Translations under genes and position numbers: made by a program | Assembly (NCBI RefSeq): GCF_055900595.2 | Contig: NZ_CM148325.1 | DNA: 64,000 nt | Reading direction: 5' to 3' (one strand) | Part shown: one piece after another, positions 55,542 to 64,000 of the stretch | Position numbering within the stretch: position 1 is the first letter of the stretch | Layout: every line of letters starts with the position of its first letter | The notes under the pieces: model-generated | Told to the model about the DNA's origin: nothing | The model's input: only the letters and a program-made list of their open reading frames with translations | Database searches by the model: none

Positions 55542-56117
55542 ATGAAATCGCTGCGTTTAATGTTATGCGCTATGCCGTTGATGCTGACCGGCTGTTCCAC
55601 GATGTCGTCAGTTAACTGGTCTGCCGCTAACCCGTGGAACTGGTTTGGGTCGTCCACCAAAGTGAGCGAGCAGGGCGTTGGTGAATTAACGGCGTCCACA
55701 CCACTGCAAGAACAAGCCATTGCCGATGCGCTTGATGGCGATTATCGCCTGCGCAGCGGAATGAAAACCGCGAACGGCAACGTGGTGCGCTTTTTTGAAG
55801 TGATGAAAGGCGACAACGTGGCGATGGTAATTAACGGCGATCAGGGCACGATCAGCCGCATTGATGTGCTGGATAGCGATATTCCTGCTGACACCGGTGT
55901 TAAAATCGGTACACCGTTTAGCGACCTTTACAGCAAAGCATTTGGCAATTGCCAAAAAGCTGATGGTGATGATAATCGTGCCGTCGAATGTAAAGCCGAA
56001 GGCAGTCAACATATTAGCTACCAGTTCAGCGGGGAATGGAGTGGTCCTGAAGGGTTAATGCCTTCGGACGATACCCTGAAAAACTGGAAAGTCAGTAAAA
56101 TTATCTGGCGGCGTTAA
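55542..56117 (+). CDS. yfeY: Lipoprotein YfeY
   Basis: 191 aa with signal peptide and lipobox (PLMLTGCS). Confidence 0.88.
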   Translation: MKSLRLMLCAMPLMLTGCSTMSSVNWSAANPWNWFGSSTKVSEQGVGELTASTPLQEQAIADALDGDYRLRSGMKTANGNVVRFFEVMKGDNVAMVINGDQGTISRIDVLDSDIPADTGVKIGTPFSDLYSKAFGNCQKADGDDNRAVECKAEGSQHISYQFSGEWSGPEGLMPSDDTLKNWKVSKIIWRR

Positions 56118-56128
56118 TTTGCGTCTGA

Positions 56129-57112
<984 letters not shown>

Positions 57113-57130
57113 GCGCTTCTGATTCGATGA

Positions 57131-57167
57131 TTAAAGGCCAGCCAGTATCACAACTGACTGGCCTTTT
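57131..57167. terminator. Bidirectional rho-independent terminator between convergent yfeX and yfeW
   Basis: AAAGGCCAGCCAGT-loop-ACTGACTGGCCTTTTT hairpin with flanking A/T runs. Confidence 0.55.
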
Positions 57168-57169
57168 TA

Positions 57170-58471
57170 TTACTGCTTTAACGCCGCATACACCTGATCC
57201 ACCACCCAACCATAAGTTGCAATCGGTAACTGACCGCTTTCGAACATATTGGGATTTTTTTGTGGATCGGCAACTGGCGAATGTGGCTTGTTGCTTAACA
57301 TCACAATCGCCATATGATTGATAGGATCGATAACGGTCACCGTCCCGGTCCAGCCCGTGTGACCGTAGGTTTGCGGGCTTGCCAGCGTACCAAACGTCGG
57401 CGTCATGGTGGCATTACCATTCACGCGCCAGCCGAGGCCAAAAGTGGCGTCTTCCTTTGAGCTGGTGGTGAACATCTTAACCGTTTCCGCACTGAACAGC
57501 GTCACATCACCATAGCCGCCGCCGTTCAGCATCGTTTGCATTAACACCGCAATATCACCGGTATTGGAAAACAAACCTGCGTGCCCGGAAACGCCGCCCA
57601 TCGAATAGAATGCTTTTTCATCGTGCACCTGACCCCAGAGAGTGGAGGTGCGGATATTCGGGAAGTGAATCACGCCATCGCGGGTATTGCCGTTCAGTTC
57701 CGTGGCGGCAATTTGCTGTGGTTTAAAGCCTTTCAGCAGCGGATTAAACACCGTATGCGTCAGGCCGAGCGGGCGATAAATCGACTCTTCAACATAGCGG
57801 TCAAGCGGCTGACCAGTAACTGACTCGACGATAAATCCAAGCAGCATATAATCGACATCGCTGTAGATATGTTTGCTGCCGGGCTGATATTCCAGCGGCG
57901 TGCGCTTGATCATTTCCAGCGTCTGGCCTTTATCCTGGGAATATAACGCGCCCGCGACGGCTTTATTTGGGTATTGCGGGTCCGCCGGGAAACCGCCGCT
58001 GTGATGCAGCAGATCAGAAATCCGCAGCGTGTTTTTGCCTTTGATGGTGTCATTTGGACTGTCGGCAAATCCCGGAATATATTTCGCAATCAGATCGTCA
58101 GGATGTAGTTTGCCTTCGCTCATTAGCTTTTGTAGGGCGAAGTTAGTGGCGTACATTTTTGTGTTTGAGGCCAGGTCATACAGCGTCTCGGTGGTTGCTT
58201 TTACTGGCTGCTTCATTAACACGCTGCCATCGTACTTTTTCGCCGCGCCCCAGGCTTTGCGATACACAATCTGATTATCTTTTATAATCAGCAGGTTTAC
58301 GCCGGGATAACCATCATCAACTTGCTGGCTTATCCAGCGATCCATCTGGTTAAGCCGTTCCACATTGAACCCTGCTTTCTCTGGCGAACTTTCTGTCAGA
58401 ACAGGGTATTTTGCGGCGCTGACGCTACAGCTGACAGCCAGCAGAGAAAAATAGAGCATTGTCCGTTTCAT
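57170..58471 (-). CDS. yfeW: Penicillin-binding protein 4B (class C beta-lactamase fold)
   Basis: 433 aa with signal peptide and SxxK motif (ASNTKMYA). Confidence 0.9.
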   Translation of the reverse strand: MKRTMLYFSLLAVSCSVSAAKYPVLTESSPEKAGFNVERLNQMDRWISQQVDDGYPGVNLLIIKDNQIVYRKAWGAAKKYDGSVLMKQPVKATTETLYDLASNTKMYATNFALQKLMSEGKLHPDDLIAKYIPGFADSPNDTIKGKNTLRISDLLHHSGGFPADPQYPNKAVAGALYSQDKGQTLEMIKRTPLEYQPGSKHIYSDVDYMLLGFIVESVTGQPLDRYVEESIYRPLGLTHTVFNPLLKGFKPQQIAATELNGNTRDGVIHFPNIRTSTLWGQVHDEKAFYSMGGVSGHAGLFSNTGDIAVLMQTMLNGGGYGDVTLFSAETVKMFTTSSKEDATFGLGWRVNGNATMTPTFGTLASPQTYGHTGWTGTVTVIDPINHMAIVMLSNKPHSPVADPQKNPNMFESGQLPIATYGWVVDQVYAALKQ

Positions 58472-58473
58472 AA

Positions 58474-59898
<1,425 letters not shown>

Positions 59899-59901
59899 GG
59901 G

Positions 59902-60798
59902 TTATTCCTTGTCTAAAACCTGACGAATAAAGCCGCCGTGTTGATCCAGGCGTTTTTTAGCTTCTGCGGCATCGAGATTTTTCAGCACCATCACAATGGC
60001 CGTTTTGCAGTTGCGCTCGCAAGCAATTAACGCCGCTTCCGCTTGTTCGGCGTTACATCCGGTGGCGTTTTTAACGATATTGACCTGGCGCACATGCAAT
60101 TTTTCGTTGGTGGCGACCACATCGACCATCAGGTTGCCAAACACTTTGCCGGATTTAATCATCAGCCCGGTAGAAAGCATATTGAGCACCAGTTTCTGCG
60201 CTGTGCCTGCTTTCATTCGCGAAGAACCGGTAACCACTTCGGCACCAACCACCGGAGTAATAGCAAACTCAGCGGTGGTTGAAACGGCGCTCCCCGGATT
60301 ACAGGAAATGCCCACTGTGCGGCAACCGAGTTGGCGTGCGTATTCCAGCCCGGCAATCACATACGGTGTGCGACCGCTGGCAGCAATACCAACCACCACA
60401 TCCTGTGCGGTTAAGCCGATATTTTTTAGATCGTTAACACCACCTTCCTGGCTATCTTCTGCGCCTTCCACCGCGTGCTGAATGGCATATTCACCGCCAG
60501 CAATCAAACCAACCACCAGGCCCGGTTTGACGCCGTAGGTCGGCGGACATTCGCTGGCATCAAGAATACCCAGACGACCGGAAGTCCCCGCACCGATGTA
60601 AATCAGTCGACCGCCGCCGCTTACCTGGGCGTGGATAACATCGATCGCTGCGGCGATATCCGGCAGTACACGCTCAACGGCAAGTGGTACGGTTTTATCT
60701 TCATCGTTGATAATCCGGCACATTTCCAGCGTTGATACGCGGTCAATTTCAGCCGAAGCGGCATTCGAGCCTTCGGTAATCATCTTTTCAAGTTGCAT
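59902..60798 (-). CDS. murQ: N-acetylmuramic acid 6-phosphate etherase
   Basis: 298-aa SIS-domain protein [26 protein letters not shown]... Confidence 0.95.
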   Translation of the reverse strand: MQLEKMITEGSNAASAEIDRVSTLEMCRIINDEDKTVPLAVERVLPDIAAAIDVIHAQVSGGGRLIYIGAGTSGRLGILDASECPPTYGVKPGLVVGLIAGGEYAIQHAVEGAEDSQEGGVNDLKNIGLTAQDVVVGIAASGRTPYVIAGLEYARQLGCRTVGISCNPGSAVSTTAEFAITPVVGAEVVTGSSRMKAGTAQKLVLNMLSTGLMIKSGKVFGNLMVDVVATNEKLHVRQVNIVKNATGCNAEQAEAALIACERNCKTAIVMVLKNLDAAEAKKRLDQHGGFIRQVLDKE

Positions 60799-60961
60799 CG
60801 GTGGTGACCTTACTATTTACGATCAAATAATTGCAGATGGATGGAATCATATATCCCGAATTGACAGACTTAAAGGAATCATTGAGTCTACACTCGCAGA
60901 GTGTGAAGAGCGTCATAAGAACTTAAGCGGAATTTTTGCTGCCAGCCCAGGAGAGTGGAAG

Positions 60962-61819
60962 ATGTTGTACCTGACGAAAATACGCAATGCAGAAAGTGAA
61001 TTTACCGAGAACGAGCAAAAAATAGCTGACTTTCTGCAGGCTAAAGTGAGTGAGCTGAAATCCGTCTCTTCGCGCAAGATGGCGAAACAGCTCGGCATCA
61101 GCCAGTCGAGTATTGTGAAGTTTGCCCAGAAGCTCGGCGCGCAAGGATTTACTGAATTGCGTATGGCGTTAATTGGCGAATACAGTGCCAGCCGGGAGAA
61201 AACGAATGCCACGGCGCTGCACTTGCACAGTTCGATTACCAGTGATGATTCGCTGGAAGTGATTGCCCGCAAACTGAATCGCGAAAAAGAGCTGGCACTG
61301 GAGCAAACCTGCGCCTTACTCGATTACGCGCGGCTGCAAAAAATCATTGAGGTCATCAGTAAAGCGCCGTTTATCCAGATAACAGGCCTGGGCGGGTCGG
61401 CGCTGGTGGGGCGCGATCTTTCATTCAAACTGATGAAAATTGGTTATCGCGTGGCCTGTGAAGCCGACACGCACGTACAAGCTACCGTTTCCCAGGCGTT
61501 GAAAAAAGGTGATGTACAAATCGCTATCTCTTACAGCGGCAGTAAAAAAGAGATTTTGCTATGCGCCGAGGCAGCGCGAAAGCAGGGGGCAACGGTGATT
61601 GCCATTACTTCACTGACTGACTCTCCGCTGCGGCGGTTGGCACATTTCACCCTCGATACCGTTTCTGGTGAAACCGAATGGCGTAGCTCGTCGATGTCCA
61701 CCCGCACGGCGCAAAATTCGGTTACCGATTTACTGTTTGTTGGGCTGGTACAACTTAATGATGTCGAGTCATTGAAAATGATTGAGCGCAGCAGTGAGCT
61801 AACACAACGCCTGAAATGA
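60962..61819 (+). CDS. murR: RpiR-family transcriptional repressor of murQP
   Basis: 285 aa from [25 protein letters not shown]... (HTH plus SIS domain); ORF 60707.. trimmed because the extension overlaps murQ antisense. Confidence 0.9.
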   Translation: MLYLTKIRNAESEFTENEQKIADFLQAKVSELKSVSSRKMAKQLGISQSSIVKFAQKLGAQGFTELRMALIGEYSASREKTNATALHLHSSITSDDSLEVIARKLNREKELALEQTCALLDYARLQKIIEVISKAPFIQITGLGGSALVGRDLSFKLMKIGYRVACEADTHVQATVSQALKKGDVQIAISYSGSKKEILLCAEAARKQGATVIAITSLTDSPLRRLAHFTLDTVSGETEWRSSSMSTRTAQNSVTDLLFVGLVQLNDVESLKMIERSSELTQRLK

Positions 61820-61947
61820 TGCATAAAGCAGCGACTGGATTGAGATTTTCCTGAATTAGTGAGCTGATCCGCAGCAATATTTTGTTTATCCTGTATTTTC
61901 AGAGGGAATGGAGTGTAACGCTCTGTATTAACAAGGAGAGCATTAAA

Positions 61948-62739
61948 ATGGGTAAACTCACGGGCAAGACAGCACTGATTACGGGCGCATTGCAGGGAAT
62001 TGGCGAAGGAATTGCCAGAACTTTTGCGCGTCATGGCGCAAACCTAATCTTGCTGGATATCTCCCCTGAGATCGAAAAGCTGGCGGACGAACTGTGTGGT
62101 CGTGGTCATCGCTGTATGGCGGTTGTCGCCGATGTGCGTGACCCGGCGTCGGTAGCCGCAGCTATCAAGCGCGCAAAGGAAAAAGAAGGGCGCATTGATA
62201 TCCTGGTGAATAACGCAGGCGTTTGTCGTCTGGGCAGTTTCCTCGATATGAGCGATGAAGATCGCGATTTCCATATTGATATCAATATAAAAGGCGTATG
62301 GAACGTCACGAAGGCGGTGCTGCCGGAGATGATTGCCCGCAAAGATGGTCGCATTGTGATGATGTCTTCGGTCACTGGCGATATGGTGGCCGATCCGGGC
62401 GAAACGGCGTATGCCTTAACGAAAGCGGCGATTGTTGGCCTGACTAAATCGCTGGCGGTGGAGTACGCGCAGTCTGGTATTCGCGTTAACGCCATCTGCC
62501 CTGGATACGTTCGCACGCCAATGGCGGAAAGCATCGCGCGTCAGTCAAACCCGGAGGATCCGGAATCGGTGCTGACTGAAATGGCGAAAGCAATCCCGCT
62601 GCGTCGCCTCGCCGATCCGCTGGAAGTTGGCGAACTGGCGGCCTTCCTCGCATCCGATGAATCCAGCTATTTAACCGGTACACAGAATGTGATTGATGGC
62701 GGCAGCACACTGCCGGAGACGGTTAGCGTCGGCATCTGA
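61948..62739 (+). CDS. ucpA: Short-chain dehydrogenase/reductase
   Basis: 263 aa from MGKLTGKTALITGALQGIG... with Rossmann TGxxxGxG and catalytic YxxxK. Confidence 0.9.
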   Translation: MGKLTGKTALITGALQGIGEGIARTFARHGANLILLDISPEIEKLADELCGRGHRCMAVVADVRDPASVAAAIKRAKEKEGRIDILVNNAGVCRLGSFLDMSDEDRDFHIDINIKGVWNVTKAVLPEMIARKDGRIVMMSSVTGDMVADPGETAYALTKAAIVGLTKSLAVEYAQSGIRVNAICPGYVRTPMAESIARQSNPEDPESVLTEMAKAIPLRRLADPLEVGELAAFLASDESSYLTGTQNVIDGGSTLPETVSVGI

Positions 62740-63042
62740 TTCACCTCTGTTTCCTCCCTGTATTTGTGGGGAGGATTTCGTCTTGAACTAAGTTCACCAG
62801 GCTATTTTATTTGTCATTTTGGCCCCGGGCAGTGCTCGAAATCCTCACGTACTATGTGTACGCTCCGGTTTCTCCGCGCTGTTCGTGTCCAAACTGACTG
62901 CAACAATTACGCCTGTTGAACCAAGTTCTTATTCCCTTTTCAACTTCCAAATCACCAAACGGTATATAAAACCGTTACTCCTTTCACGTCCGTTATAAAT
63001 ATGATGACTAATAGAAAGTCATTTAATTAATAAGGGTGCGCA
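62740..63042 (+). promoter_or_regulatory. cysP upstream control region (expected CysB-dependent promoter)
   Basis: About 300 bp of non-coding DNA upstream of cysP; assignment by position only. Confidence 0.35.
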
Positions 63043-64000
63043 ATGGCCGTTAACTTACTGAAAAAGAACTCACTCGCGCTGGTCGCTTCTCTGCTGCTGG
63101 CGGGCCATGTACAGGCAACGGAACTGCTGAACAGTTCTTATGACGTCTCCCGCGAGCTCTTTGCCGCCCTGAATACCCCGTTTGAGCAACAATGGGCGAA
63201 AGATAACGGTGGCGACAAGCTAACGATTAAACAATCTCATGCCGGGTCATCAAAACAGGCGCTGGCGATTTTGCAGGGCTTAAAAGCAGACGTTGTCACT
63301 TATAACCAGGTGACCGACGTGCAGATCCTGCATGATAAAGGCAAGCTGATCCCGGCTGACTGGCAGTCGCGTCTGCCGAATAACAGCTCGCCATTTTACT
63401 CCACCATGGGCTTCCTGGTGCGTAAGGGCAACCCGAAGAATATCCATGACTGGAACGACCTGGTGCGCTCCGACGTGAAGCTGATCTTCCCGAACCCAAA
63501 AACCTCCGGTAACGCGCGTTATACCTATCTGGCGGCATGGGGTGCAGCGGATAAAGCTGACGGTGGCGATAAAGCCAAAACCGAACAGTTTATGACTCAG
63601 TTCCTGAAAAACGTGGAAGTGTTCGATACCGGCGGTCGTGGCGCAACTACCACCTTTGCCGAGCGCGGGCTGGGCGATGTGCTGATTAGCTTCGAATCGG
63701 AAGTGAACAACATCCGCAAGCAGTATGAAGCGCAGGGCTTTGAAGTGGTGATTCCGAAAACCAACATTCTGGCGGAATTCCCGGTAGCGTGGGTCGATAA
63801 AAACGTGCAGGCCAACGGCACGGAAAAAGCGGCAAAAGCTTACCTGAACTGGCTCTACAGCCCACAGGCGCAAACGATCATTACCGACTATTACTACCGC
63901 GTAAACAACCCGGAAGTCATGGACAAACTGAAAGACAAATTCCCGCAGACCGAGCTGTTTCGCGTGGAAGATAAATTTGGCTCCTGGCCGGAAGTGATGA
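63043..64000 (+). CDS. cysP: Thiosulfate/sulfate ABC transporter periplasmic binding protein, 3'-truncated by the window end
   Basis: ATG at 63043; translation [44 protein letters not shown]... continues to the window end without a stop, so it is absent from the ORF track. Confidence 0.9.
   Translation, partial: MAVNLLKKNSLALVASLLLAGHVQATELLNSSYDVSRELFAALNTPFEQQWAKDNGGDKLTIKQSHAGSSKQALAILQGLKADVVTYNQVTDVQILHDKGKLIPADWQSRLPNNSSPFYSTMGFLVRKGNPKNIHDWNDLVRSDVKLIFPNPKTSGNARYTYLAAWGAADKADGGDKAKTEQFMTQFLKNVEVFDTGGRGATTTFAERGLGDVLISFESEVNNIRKQYEAQGFEVVIPKTNILAEFPVAWVDKNVQANGTEKAAKAYLNWLYSPQAQTIITDYYYRVNNPEVMDKLKDKFPQTELFRVEDKFGSWPEVM

Noticed and set aside
60707-60961. N-terminal 85-codon extension of the murR ORF
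   Set aside because: The extension overlaps the murQ 5' end on the opposite strand; the internal Met at 60962 gives the expected 285-aa RpiR-family regulator.
63280-63873. 197-aa minus-strand ORF near the window end
   Set aside because: Antisense to cysP, whose plus-strand reading frame is open from 63043 to the window end and encodes a recognisable periplasmic binding protein.

Overview
The window reads as an Escherichia coli-type chromosomal segment, inverted relative to the K-12 MG1655 map; all identifications are from recalled protein sequence and gene order, with no database search run. Left to right: the hydrogenase-4 operon hyfJ(partial)-hyfA on the minus strand with a sigma-54-like promoter, then bcp, gcvR, dapA, bamC, purC (PurR box upstream), ypfJ, tmcA, ypfH, ypfN, dapE, yffB, ypfM, acrD, narQ, aegA, nudK, ypfG, tktB-talA and maeB. 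A complete 17-gene ethanolamine-utilisation microcompartment operon (eutSPQTDMNEJGHABCLKR) follows, uninterrupted between eutA and eutB. Next come hemF, amiA, ypeA, yfeZ, yfeY, yfeX, yfeW, murP, murQ, murR, ucpA and the 5' part of cysP. REP/BIME repeats occupy four intergenic gaps. The one segment not explained by the K-12 core gene order is a roughly 1.8-kb islet between eutR and hemF (50.8-52.6 kb). It carries two co-oriented minus-strand genes with strong ribosome-binding sites: a 420-aa cysteine-rich protein with several CxxC zinc-ribbon motifs and a DUF1963/YwqG-like C-terminus, and a 105-aa small membrane protein. This is the best candidate for an uncharacterised accessory module; its function is unknown and any defence or toxin-like role is speculation.
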